Source: an uncultured Candidatus Saccharibacteria bacterium (lineage in GTDB: Bacteria; Patescibacteriota; Saccharimonadia; Saccharimonadales; UBA4665). Taken from it: a stretch of DNA of 64,000 nt. Shown here one piece after another: positions 54,988 through 64,000 of the stretch. Made by a program: the position numbers and the translations under genes. Numbering within the stretch: the stretch's first letter is position 1; every line of letters begins with the position of its first letter. Below the pieces are notes generated by a model. It searched no databases. It saw only the letters and a list, made by a program, of their open reading frames with translations, and had not been told where the DNA came from. The stretch lies in contig CAWDZT010000010.1 in assembly GCA_963807025.1 (NCBI GenBank), forward strand, positions 25,301-89,300. The letters are read 5' to 3'.

Positions 54988-56076
54988 TTATTTACTCATC
55001 GGACTTCTTGCCTTGGCTTTGGCTTCTTTGAGGCTCAGGGCAATCTTGCGGTTGTCGGTATCTATGTCGAGCACCTTGAACTGCTTCTTCTCGTTGAGCT
55101 GGAACAGCTTTTCGGGGTCGACATCTTCGTCGTCGCTCATCTCGGAAACGTGGACCAGGGCTTCGACGCTGGGGCTGATCTGTACGAAGGCGCCGAACGG
55201 CGTTATGCGCGTGACCTTACCCTCTACGATGTCGCCCTTGCTGAAGGCCTTGACCTGCTCCAGCCACGGATCTTCGCTCATCTGTTTGAGACTGAGGCTC
55301 AGGCGGTCCTTGTCGATGGCGATAATCTTGGCCTTGCGGGTTTCGCCCACCTTGACGTAGTTGCGCGGGTTGTCCACGCGCTCCCAGGAAATCTCGGAGA
55401 TGTGGATCAGGCCCTCTATACCGTCGACGTTGACGAACGCGCCGAAGTCTATGACCCCAGTTACGATCCCCTCTACCTCGTCGCCGACCTTAAGCTTGGC
55501 GAAGCGCTCGTGCATCTCGTCTTTGACAGCTTCCTTCTCGGACAGGATGAGTTTGTTGTCCTTGCGGCTGACGTCCAGCACGCGGACCTTGAGCGGCTTG
55601 TCGGTAAGGGCGTGGAGCTTCTGCAGTATCTCGTCCTTGTCGGCGCCGGATACGCGCGGGTAATGCCCTGCGGCCAGCTGTGATACGGGCAGGAAGCCGC
55701 GTATGCCTTCCAGCTCGACCAGCAGGCCTCCCCTGTTGGCGTCGTAAGGCGCGACCTCTACTATCTCGTTGGCCTCTTGTATACGCTGAATTTCGTCCCA
55801 GCCGCGGTCCTTGGCGGCCCGCTTCATGCTAAGAAGGGCGTAGCCTTCTTCCATTTCCGGATCGATGACACTGACGGTGACCGTCTGGTCTTGCTCTAGC
55901 TTCTGGCCGTAGCCGATCTCGCGCCTAAGAACCACGCCTACGCCCCGCGCGCCCAGGTCTATCCAGACCTCGTTCTTCTTTACGTCCGTGACCTTGCCTT
56001 CGACGACCTCGCCGGCGGCCAGACCTTTGATGTCACTGCTTTCAAGCAGTTCATCCATAGTGATTGCTTTTGACAT
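54988..56076 (-). CDS. rpsA: 30S ribosomal protein S1 (four S1 domains)
   Basis: Intact 362-aa ORF with repeated S1 OB-fold motifs (G.VV.G.V..V...G..V.L). Confidence 0.85.
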   Translation of the reverse strand: MSKAITMDELLESSDIKGLAAGEVVEGKVTDVKKNEVWIDLGARGVGVVLRREIGYGQKLEQDQTVTVSVIDPEMEEGYALLSMKRAAKDRGWDEIQRIQEANEIVEVAPYDANRGGLLVELEGIRGFLPVSQLAAGHYPRVSGADKDEILQKLHALTDKPLKVRVLDVSRKDNKLILSEKEAVKDEMHERFAKLKVGDEVEGIVTGVIDFGAFVNVDGIEGLIHISEISWERVDNPRNYVKVGETRKAKIIAIDKDRLSLSLKQMSEDPWLEQVKAFSKGDIVEGKVTRITPFGAFVQISPSVEALVHVSEMSDDEDVDPEKLFQLNEKKQFKVLDIDTDNRKIALSLKEAKAKARSPMSK

Positions 56077-56247
56077 GCTCTACATGCCTCCTTCGAATGT
56101 ATTTCCCAGAAGCTACCCCGGGCGGTGTCCCGTAAGCGCCGCCGCTTAAATTGCTCCAAGATTACCACTATTGTATCTGATAATCCCCTGGCACGCAACG
56201 CCACCGGGTGTACCGGCGCATAGCGGCGGTTGTGATAAACTCATAAC

Positions 56248-57081
56248 ATGTATTTGGGGATTGATATCGGGGGTACGAAGACGCTGGTGGCCACCCTGTC
56301 GGACGACGGCAAGATAACCGACAGCCGCCGTTTCCCCACCGATAAGGATTACGAGCGGTTCTTGCATGATCTGGCAGACAACCTGTCACAACTGAAGCTG
56401 GAGGATGATTACAAGATATGCGCCGGTATACCGGGATTGCTGGACCGCACCGCCGGCATCGTCCATTCGCTTGGCAACCTGCCCTGGCGCGACAAACCCA
56501 TAAGGGGCGATATCTCCAAGCTCGTGAACGATAAGCCTGTGACCATAGAAAACGACTCCAGGCTAGCCGGCCTGTATGAGGCCCTGCTTATCAAAGACCG
56601 GTATAGCGACCGCGTACTGTTTCTGACCATAAGCACAGGCATAGGTGGCGCCCTCGTGCATGACGGCCGCCTGGTCACGGCCCTGCAGGACACCGAGATG
56701 GGCAAAATGCCCCTGGAACACAATGGCAAGGTAATCCACTGGGAAGATTTTGCAGGCGGGCGGGGAGTAGTAGACAACTTGCACAAACGAGCCGAACAGA
56801 TTACCGATCCGGAGGAATGGCGCAAGGTAGGCGAACCTATAGCCTACGGATTAGGCGCTGTATGTTCGGTGCTTCAGCCGGAAGTCATAATCCTGGGCGG
56901 CAGCGTCGGCGCTTACGCCGACCGGTACAAAGACGTTATCACGGATTACCTGGCGGAACATCTGCATTCCAACGTCCGCCAGCCCAAAGATGTACTGGCG
57001 GCAAAGGATCCGGACGAAGCCGTTCTCCACGGTTGTTACGAATTGCTTAAACAGGCCGGCGATGGAAAAGACAATAGTTGA
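56248..57081 (+). CDS. ROK family sugar kinase (glucokinase-like)
   Basis: LGIDIGGTKT and the ATPase fold. The classic ROK Cys motif was not checked. Confidence 0.7.
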   Translation: MYLGIDIGGTKTLVATLSDDGKITDSRRFPTDKDYERFLHDLADNLSQLKLEDDYKICAGIPGLLDRTAGIVHSLGNLPWRDKPIRGDISKLVNDKPVTIENDSRLAGLYEALLIKDRYSDRVLFLTISTGIGGALVHDGRLVTALQDTEMGKMPLEHNGKVIHWEDFAGGRGVVDNLHKRAEQITDPEEWRKVGEPIAYGLGAVCSVLQPEVIILGGSVGAYADRYKDVITDYLAEHLHSNVRQPKDVLAAKDPDEAVLHGCYELLKQAGDGKDNS

Positions 57082-57559
57082 ACTGCGGGCGAAGTTCCCT
57101 GAACTCAAGTTTAAGGCCGGCAACCAGTTCTATTGGTCTCCGGAGACCGGCGAGATCGTCTACGAAGCCGCCGCCAAAGGCAGGAAGGCCAAGTGGTCGG
57201 TATTGCACGAGACCGGCCACGCGCTGGCGGGCCACAAGTCGTACAGGGCCGACTTTGAACTGTTAAGGCTAGAGATTGACGCCTGGGAACGGGCCCGGCG
57301 CGTGGCCGGCGAACTCGGCCTCTCCATAGACGAAGACCACATCCAGAACAGCCTGGACACTTACCGCGACTGGCTGCATAAACGTAGCATCTGCCCTTCA
57401 TGCGGAAATAAATCACTCCAACAGGGGGATTTTGTCCACTACCGTTGTTTTAATTGCCACGCAATATGGCGAGTGACGGCCAGCCGTTTCTGTCGCGCTT
57501 ACCGCCGGAGCAAAGGGATACCCCAGTCGGAAGATTCAGCCCAGGCGGTTAATCGCTGA
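57062..57559 (+). CDS. HExxH metallopeptidase-like protein with C-terminal zinc ribbon
   Basis: LHETGHAL (HExxH) and CPSCGN...CFNCH. Confidence 0.45.
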   Translation: MEKTIVELRAKFPELKFKAGNQFYWSPETGEIVYEAAAKGRKAKWSVLHETGHALAGHKSYRADFELLRLEIDAWERARRVAGELGLSIDEDHIQNSLDTYRDWLHKRSICPSCGNKSLQQGDFVHYRCFNCHAIWRVTASRFCRAYRRSKGIPQSEDSAQAVNR

Positions 57560-58203
57560 TCGGCTCAAAGCCGGTATCGGGATCAAGCTCCCCCAGCAGG
57601 GTTATGTTGGGTAGCAGAGGTCCGTCCGCTCTTTCCCGCTCGTCACCCAGCATACGTTTAAACTTCAGCAGGAGCTGGAATTGCTCTTCGCTGTCCGAAG
57701 ACGCCACAGTGATCGGCGCTATCCTTTTGGACCGGCTGAACCAGCCTTTTGGTATTTGGCCAGGGTCCAGATTCAGGTAACCCAGGATGGTACTCTGGAC
57801 TATCCGGCGTTCGGCTGCAATCTCGGGGCTGTATGCCACGTCCAGCTTGAACCGCGGCCTTTTCCCCCAACGCCCTAACTCGGCCGGCAGTGTCGGAACC
57901 CGCAGTGATCCCGGCCGGTCTAATAGCGCTTCGGCCAGCCTGTCCTCCAGCGTCTCGATGTCGGCCTCGTTCATCCTGTCGTCACCAAGCCTGCGCTGTA
58001 CCCTTAGGAACTCTCCCTTGCTCAGTACCAGTGCCTTAAGCTGGTCGGCGTGCTTGAACAGGCCGTCTACGGCTATCTCCTCTTCACTGCCGCTGATCTT
58101 GGCCCTCGTAGCCCAGCAGACGACCCCGGGCCAAGTCAATGCAGTCCTGGCTTACGTTCTGCACGTGCCGGTGGACGGTCATATAAGGTACGGTCTCGGA
58201 CAT
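57549..58203 (-). CDS. hypothetical protein (frameshift near 58130)
   Basis: ORF 57549..58139, plus the N-terminus MSETVPYMTVHRHVQNV at 58203 in another frame. No recognisable motif. Confidence 0.35.
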
Positions 58204-58282
58204 TATGCTCCTATCTTAATAATTCCTATGGAAAATCTCCGCCCTTAAAGCGGAGATTTTCCTGCGAGATTAACCCTTAAGG

Positions 58283-58480
58283 TTAGGCTGCCTTCTTGGT
58301 GCGCCGGCTGATGCGGCCGCCCATGGCGCCGGCCTTGCGGGCCAGTTCGCGGTTGGCGTAGAAGCCGCCGGTGCGGCCAATCTTGCCACCCTTGGCACCG
58401 ATCTTGGCGTAGAAGTCCTTGCCGTACTTCGTCTTGTTGGTTGTGGCGGCGGCTTGGCCGCCAGCTTTGGTTCCTGCCAT
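58283..58480 (-). CDS. KGG-repeat general stress protein
   Basis: 65-aa Gly/Lys-rich ORF with GAKGGKIGRTGG / KAGAMGG repeats typical of KGG stress-induced proteins. Confidence 0.7.
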   Translation of the reverse strand: MAGTKAGGQAAATTNKTKYGKDFYAKIGAKGGKIGRTGGFYANRELARKAGAMGGRISRRTKKAA

Positions 58481-58607
58481 TGCGTAAGCTCTCCCTTATT
58501 ATTTATAAGTCTGCTCCCGAGAGGTATAAAAAAAGGCTCTCCCTTGCGGGAAAACCCTCTGATTTCTCTCGAAACTATGCTTATGATATCACGCTACTGG
58601 TTACCTG

Positions 58608-58642
58608 TCAATAGAAAAGGGCCCTCTTTCGAGGACCCTTTT
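58608..58642 (-). terminator. rho-independent terminator of the 23S-5S operon
   Basis: Minus-sense sequence AAGGGTCCTC-gaaa-GAGGGCCCTT followed by TTTCTATT, directly after the 5S gene. Confidence 0.6.
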
Positions 58643-58647
58643 CAAAA

Positions 58648-58762
58648 TTTGGCACCGTGCTATCTTCCCAGGGGTGAACCCCAAGTATTGTAACCGCTTC
58701 GAGACTTAACTGCTGTGTTCGGCATGGGAACAGGTGTTGCCCTCGGGCTATGGGCACCAACC
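58648..58762 (-). rRNA. rrf: 5S ribosomal RNA
   Basis: Minus-sense sequence contains CCCATGCCGAACACAGCAGTTAAG and closing helix I (UUGGUGCC / GGUGCCAA). Confidence 0.85.
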
Positions 58763-58796
58763 CGGCCACCTTTCCGTAGAAAGGTGCTGGGCCGGC
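58762..58796. repeat. hairpin with the family core (CACCTTTC-cgta-GAAAGGTGCTGGG) in the 23S-5S spacer
   Basis: ccggccacctttccgtagaaaggtgctgggccgg. The stem flanks are GCCGG/CCGGC. Confidence 0.5.
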
Positions 58797-59168
58797 ACCC
58801 AAGCGGGCGGCGGCACGGTTCTTAAGAAGCTAATGAACGTACTGGTGCTACGATGCTTCGTAAGCACCGACGACCGGTCAATTGCGCGTAAAAAGTCAAT
58901 GCCTCTATTAGTACGCTTCGGCTACACATGTCGCCATGCTTCTACCTTGCGCCTATCAACCTGATGGTCTTTCAGGGAGGTCATAGGGAAATCTTATCTT
59001 AAGGGAGGCTTCGCGCTTAATATGCTTTCAGCGCTTATCCCGTCCGCACGATAGCTACTGGACAATGCTCCTGGTGGAACAATCCATACACCAGAGGTGC
59101 GTTCGACCCGGTCCTCTCGTACTAGGGCCAACTCCTCTCAAATTTCCTTGCGTCCACAGCGGGTATAA

Positions 59169-59239
<71 letters not shown>

Positions 59240-59253
59240 AAGGTGCTCCCCCT

Positions 59254-59288
<35 letters not shown>

Positions 59289-59573
59289 AGCGCCGTCTAT
59301 GTGAACTATTGGGCGCTATAAGCCTGTTATCCCCGGCGTAACTTTTATCCGAAAGCGCTGCCGATACCACTCTCATGTACATGAAATGTACGGACAGCGG
59401 AAAACTTACTCCTACTTTCGTACCTGCTCGGCTTGTAGGCCTCACAGTCAAGCTGGCTTATGCGTATACACTATCACTACGATTTCCATCCGTAGTTAGC
59501 CAACCTTTGAACGCCTCCGATACTCTTTAGGAGGCAACCGCCCCAGTTAAACTACCCACCAGACACGGTCCCA

Positions 59574-59768
59574 GAACCAGAAACATCCACGAATCCGTTT
59601 AGGCGATATCAGATACATTCGCGCCGAGACCTAATTTACGGTCTCTTGCGAACGTACCTGAATCGCTTTACTAGCGACTCGCGCATATTTCTGAGACACC
59701 GTAATTTAGGTGTCGGGGAAATATGCGACGATGTCGCTAGAAGCGGTTCATGGGCAGTTTGTGGTCCT
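59574..59768 (-). other. rRNA expansion of about 170 extra nt at the position of 23S helix 79
   Basis: Only about 23 nt separate GACACNGUC and GUUAGAACA in E. coli, against about 195 nt here. It contains the hairpins GCATATTTC..GACACC-taaattac-GGTGTC..GAAATATGC and GAGACC-gtaaatta-GGTCTC. It has no CCAGCACCTT ends. Confidence 0.6.
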
Positions 59769-60212
59769 GGTAAGAACAAGATCATGACAAGGGTGGTATT
59801 TCACTGATGGCTCCACCGCCGACTAGCGCGGCGGCTTCAAAGCCTCCCACCTATGCTACACATGTCATAACCCGGCTCAATGCCAAGCTGTAGTAAAGCT
59901 GCACGGGGTCTTTTCGTCCTGCTGCGGACAGACGGCATCTTTACCGCCAATGCACTTTCACCGAGCTCTTCGTCGAGACAGTACCCATATCATTGCGCCA
60001 TTCGTGCAGGTCAGAACTTACCTGACAAGGAATTTCGCTACCTTAGGACGGTTATAGTTACCGCCGCCGTTCACCGGGGCTTCAGTTTGCTGCTAAACAC
60101 AGCTCACCTTAACCTTCCGGCACCGGGCAGGCGTCAGCCCGTATACATCCACTTTCGTGTTAGCACAGACCTATGTTTTTGGTAAACAGTTGCATGGGTT
60201 CCTTAGCTGCGG

Positions 60213-60272
60213 CCCAGCACCTTGCTAACCACGAATTACATCGTTGTAAATCATGACCAGAAAGGTGCTGGG
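60213..60272. repeat. 60-nt palindromic element copy within 23S (helix 63 region)
   Basis: cccagcaccttgctaaccacgaattacatcgttgtaaatcatgaccagaaaggtgctggg lies between conserved AAGTTACGG.. and ..CAACTGTTTACC blocks. Confidence 0.65.
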
Positions 60273-60760
60273 CAGGCCTTATTCCGAAGTTACGGCCGCT
60301 GTTTTGCCGAGTTCCTTGACGAAGAATCACTCGTACACCTTGGTCTTCTCGACCTGAGCACCTGTGTCGGTTTGCGGTACGGATAGCATAGTCCACGCGC
60401 CGGAATGCTTTTCTAGTCAGCACTTTTACTGGAATCCGACCATAAGGTCGTCTCATTCGCAGGCGTTCCTCCTGCTTAGACGGGTATAACCGTGAACCCG
60501 CTCCAACTAATATGCCGCGCACATCCGGCAAGACTACGCTAGTACGGGAATATTAACCCGTTGTCCATCGCCTACGCTACGCGCCTCGGCTTAGGACCGA
60601 CTAACCCTGGGACGATTATCGTGGCCCAGGAAACCTTGCTCTTTCGGTGGGCAGGATTCTCACCTGCCTTATCGTTACTCGTTCCAGCATTCTCACTTCC
60701 TAACGCTCCACGGAATCTCGCGATTTCGCTTCGGCGCGATAGGAACGCTCCTCTACCGCC

Positions 60761-60829
60761 CCCAGCACCTTACTTAGCATTTTTTACATACATACGCGAT
60801 GTTGTAAACAATGCTAAGTAAGGTGCTGG
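60761..60829. repeat. 69-nt palindromic element copy within 23S (helix 45 tip)
   Basis: cccagcaccttacttagcattttttacatacatacgcgatgttgtaaacaatgctaagtaaggtgctgg replaces the H45 hairpin between GAAGNU..GG and GGTAGAGGAGCGTTC. Confidence 0.65.
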
Positions 60830-61444
60830 AGACCCATATCTTCGGTACTACGCTTGAGCCCCGTTACATTTTCCGCGCGGGATCTCTTGACGAGTGAGCT
60901 GTTACGCACTCTTTAAATGAATGGCTGCTTCTAAGCCAACATCCTCGTTGTCGAAGAAATCCCACCTCGTTTCCCACTTAGCGTAAATTTAGGGACCTTA
61001 GATGATGGTCTGGGCTGTTTCCCTTTTGAGCGACGAGCTTAGCCCCGCCGTTCTAACTGCCGTAGTTCCACTGACCGTATTCGTAGTTTGTCAAGGGTGG
61101 GTATCCGTAAGGACCCCATTCCGAAACAGAGCTCTACCCCAGTCAGCTACCGTACGACGCTAGCCCTAAAGCTATTTCGAGGAGAACCAGCTATCTCCAG
61201 GTTCGATTGGCATTTCACCTCTAACCACAGGTCATCCGGGCATTTTGAAACATGCTGCGGTTCGGTCCTCCACGCAGTTTTACCTGCGCTTCAACCTGCC
61301 CATGGTTAGGTCACCTGGTTTCGGGTCTAATCCATACAACTAATTCGCCCTATTCAGGCTCGCTTTCACTATGCCTACGACAAATGTCTTAAGCTTGCTG
61401 CATGAATTAACTCGCTGGATCGTTCTACAAAAAGCACGCCGTCA

Positions 61445-61865
61445 CCCAGCACCTTTACCATCAACATTTACAACGGTCCGGTTCAATCGAATGAACGATT
61501 AAACTGGTCTATGGCCTTCGGGAAACCAAGCTGTTTCTTAAGCTTAGTTCTCGCTTGGCCGTAATGTTTTAGCTGCTTCTCTCTTGCTAACGCTAATCTT
61601 CGTGAGGTATATGCCTCATAATAAACGATTTTCCAGGGGCGCAAACGTCTCGTTGAAACGTTTTCGCCGGCATTATGCTGACCTAATCTTCTCTTTAGAT
61701 TGTTGGTCTGACCATAGTAGATATGTCGCTTATTCCGAAGACTCTGCAGAATATAGACGTAAAGCACAGCTCCACTGTATATTCCACCCATCTCCGTTCA
61801 AAGAAATTTAACATTAGTTTAAGAAGCAACCAGCCGTTGTCAAATTTGATGACAAAGGTGCTGGG
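61445..61865 (-). mobile_element. 421-bp element with about 33-bp imperfect terminal inverted repeats, carrying a GIY-YIG ORF, inserted at 23S helix 25
   Basis: Left end cccagcacctttaccatcaacatttacaacggt. Right end (reverse complement) cccagcacctttgtcatcaaatttgacaacggc. The ends are 27/33 identical. The flanks correspond to E. coli GGGAG|..H25..|UGACUGCGUACC. Confidence 0.65.
61483..61791 (-). CDS. GIY-YIG nuclease family protein (102 aa), same strand as the rRNA
   Basis: VLYVYILQS...HIYYGQTNNLKRRLGQHN...RPWKIVYYEAY...ALAREKQLK matches GIY..YIG, the conserved Arg, and the catalytic Glu context. Confidence 0.8.
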   Translation of the reverse strand: MGGIYSGAVLYVYILQSLRNKRHIYYGQTNNLKRRLGQHNAGENVSTRRLRPWKIVYYEAYTSRRLALAREKQLKHYGQARTKLKKQLGFPKAIDQFNRSFD

Positions 61866-62290
61866 CTCCGACTCCTTGTACGCACACAATTTCAGGATCT
61901 ATTTCACTCCCCTTCCGGGGTTCTTTTAACCTTTCCCTCACGGTACTTGTACACTATCGATCGTAAGATATATTTAGCCTTGGGAGGTGGACCTCCCGGA
62001 TTCAGTCAGGGTTTCACGTGTCCCGACTTACTCGACTCTGCAAGTGATAAAGTTCGTAAAACTTGGTATACCAGGCTTTCACTGTCTGTGGCCCCACTTT
62101 CCAGAGGGTTCTACTCGCATTACGTATTTATGACTTTATGCCGATTGATGGTAGCATCGGCGCCTTTTGCAACCCTTCATAAAAAGGGTAACAAAAGGTT
62201 ACTTGCAGGTCACAACCCCTTAATAACATTCGTCTACCAACTTATCCATCCGGCAAATTGCCAGATGAAAGTCATTAAGGTTTGGGCTGA

Positions 62291-62321
<31 letters not shown>

Positions 62322-62853
62322 ATTGGTTATTTTCTCTTCCTCAGGGTACTAAGATGTTTCAGTTCCCCTGCTTACCACTACCCGACCCTATATATTCAGG
62401 CCAGTGTGACCAGGTATGACCCTGGCCGGGTTTCCCCATTCGGACACCTCCGGATCAAAGCATATTTGGCTGCTCCCCGGAGCTTTTCGCAGCTCATCGC
62501 GTCCTTCGTCGGTATCTTACGTCAAGGCATCCGTTATGTGCGCTTGAGTAACTTTTTACGATTTGACTTGGCTACCGTTCGGTGAAGATCGGCACCAAGC
62601 CTAAAGTGCAATTGACCGGTCATCGGTGATTACCTAAGTAACTCCGACTCCGTCGTCCATTGCTTCTCTTTGAATCACCCTGTTAAAGGGGTGATCCGTC
62701 GACCTAATTGTTAAATTGCTAAACTCGGAAACTTGCTGATACGCGGTGGTGCCTAAAAGCACCCTCCCTATCATTCAAGCTTGAGTTTACGTTCAACTTT
62801 TCTGCCTAATTGCCCGGCTGACTAGCCTGGACCTAAACTCAAGCGTTCATATA

Positions 62854-62882
62854 ATTATACGCTTCTTAACAGGGGCGGTCAA
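62854..62882 (-). promoter_or_regulatory. near-consensus sigma70 promoter of the 23S-5S operon (TTGACC-17 nt-TATAAT)
   Basis: Reverse complement of 62877-62882 is TTGACC, spacer is 17 nt, and reverse complement of 62854-62859 is TATAAT. It lies about 290 nt upstream of the 23S 5' end. Confidence 0.6.
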
Positions 62883-63014
62883 GCCCCTTGTGCTGTCTGA
62901 TTTGCAACAGTCTGGTATCTAGAAACGGTTCTCTGACGTGGGGTTTTAGCGCAGGGTAAGCCTCCTGTACGTACAGGCTTGGCCCCCTTGTGTGCCTGCT
63001 GCATCCGCATTGCC

Positions 63015-64000
63015 TTACTGGGCGATGAAGTAGTCGAACTTGTAGGTGGTGTTCGCCTGTGGCGCATCCAGGGCGTTGAACATGAAGTCAGTGGCAGAGG
63101 TCGAGCCCTTGAAGAACTTAAGGCCGGCGGCCTTGCCGTTGGACGCGCTCAGGACGATGTGCGGCGCCTGGCCGTAGGTCTTGCTGAACAGTATCTTGGC
63201 CAGGTCGCCCGCCGAAGGCGCGTAGCCGGTGGTTATGGTAATCGTACCGGTGGTGTCGGTACCGTCCACGGATACGTCGGCGCCCGTGCCGCCCGCCGCA
63301 GTCTGGGCCTGGGCCGTCGGCTGGCCGCCGGCGGTGATGATATGCCCGCCCACGGTGATGTTGCCGGCGAACTCGGCCGAACCGGTGACGCTCAGCGTGC
63401 CGATGGTGGCCGTACCGGCATTGAAGGTGGTAACCGTCAGGTCGTTGATGGTGGCCGTGCCGGAAGCGTTCAGGTCGGCAAAGTCGGCCGAACCGCTGAC
63501 GGTCAGGCCCGCCAGAGTGGCATTGCCGCCGTTCTGGATGTAGCTGGTCTGGCTGGGACCGGGCCAGTAGCCCGGCTCGACGAAGACCATCACCTGGGTC
63601 TTGCCAGAGCCCGGATCCCAGGCCTCCAGCGCCTTACCTATGACATAGCCGGCGCCGGTGGCCTTCATGGCCTTACCGCTATCGCCGGAGGTCGTCAGGT
63701 AGTCGCCCGGCGCTATCGCATCGGAGCCGGGCGAGACGTTGACCGGTACGCGGCCGTTCAGGGCCACGGGCATGGGGTTATCCGCACGGCTTGATGTTGT
63801 TACCGGCCGAGGTGAAGTTATTGTAGTTCTTGGAAACGATACCGACGGTGCTGGACTGGTACGGAGCGGACGACTTGACCAGCTGGGTGACCTGGCCGTT
63901 CACGTCATTCCAGTCTACCCTGCCCTCGGAGTCTTCGCCGTAGGTGTTGACCGTATTGGTGCCGGTAGCCACGATATCGCCATAGCTCGCGCCGCTGGCT
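63015..64000 (-). CDS. large secreted/surface repeat protein, C-terminal part (continues beyond the window; frameshift near 63775)
   Basis: ORFs 63015..63773 and 63778..63972. Repeated beta-helix-like LTVSGSADFADLNASGTATINDLTVT / LSVTGSAEFAGNITVGG segments. Confidence 0.5.

Noticed and set aside
61445-61865. Classical group I intron carrying a homing endonuclease
   Set aside because: This is not excluded. By eye I could not recognise a P3-P9 core in the roughly 110 non-ORF nt. The ends are long inverted repeats shared with 60-nt copies elsewhere, which fits an IVS or palindromic element better. It needs a covariance-model check.

Overview
GC-rich bacterial chromosomal segment made up mostly of housekeeping genes. 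These cover translation (lysK, proS, ileS, frr, tsf, rpsB, rplU, rpmE, rpsU, rpsA, infB, prfA/prmC, def/fmt, map), division and segregation (ftsA, ftsZ, parA, parB), replication and nucleotide supply (priA, nrdR-nrdJ), envelope functions (two L,D-transpeptidases, an LCP protein, lepB, rseP), and a few amino-acid genes (thrC, metA, a metB-like gene, leuA). A 23S-5S rRNA operon on the minus strand has no 16S gene in the window. Several traits suggest a Patescibacteria/CPR (Saccharibacteria-like) lineage, by inference only: class I LysRS, a short ProRS without the INS domain, a DUF5663-like gene next to infB, an rRNA operon not linked to 16S, and protein-coding or expansion insertions in 23S. Main findings: (1) A family of palindromic elements with CCCAGCACCTT termini. 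Its largest copy (421 bp, about 33-bp inverted ends) carries a GIY-YIG nuclease ORF and sits in helix 25 of the 23S gene. Copies of 60-69 nt sit at 23S H45 and H63, in frame inside infB, and in operon spacers, and there are solo ends at gene 3' ends. (2) A second MITE-like family (GCGGATATGACAT termini plus an inner ATGTCAACATGTAGCTCGACGTTTTT inverted repeat) with three copies next to stop codons. (3) A leucine leader-peptide attenuator upstream of leuA. (4) A tandem duplicate of the nrdJ 3' end. (5) A mosaic surface protein of about 4.7 kb. (6) A 0.9-kb ORF-free region between parA and rplU. About half of the genes, including essential ones, need +/-1 frame changes to be read. Assembly indels are the most likely cause, and this limits coordinate precision. 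No tRNA genes, CRISPR arrays or recognisable defence genes were seen.
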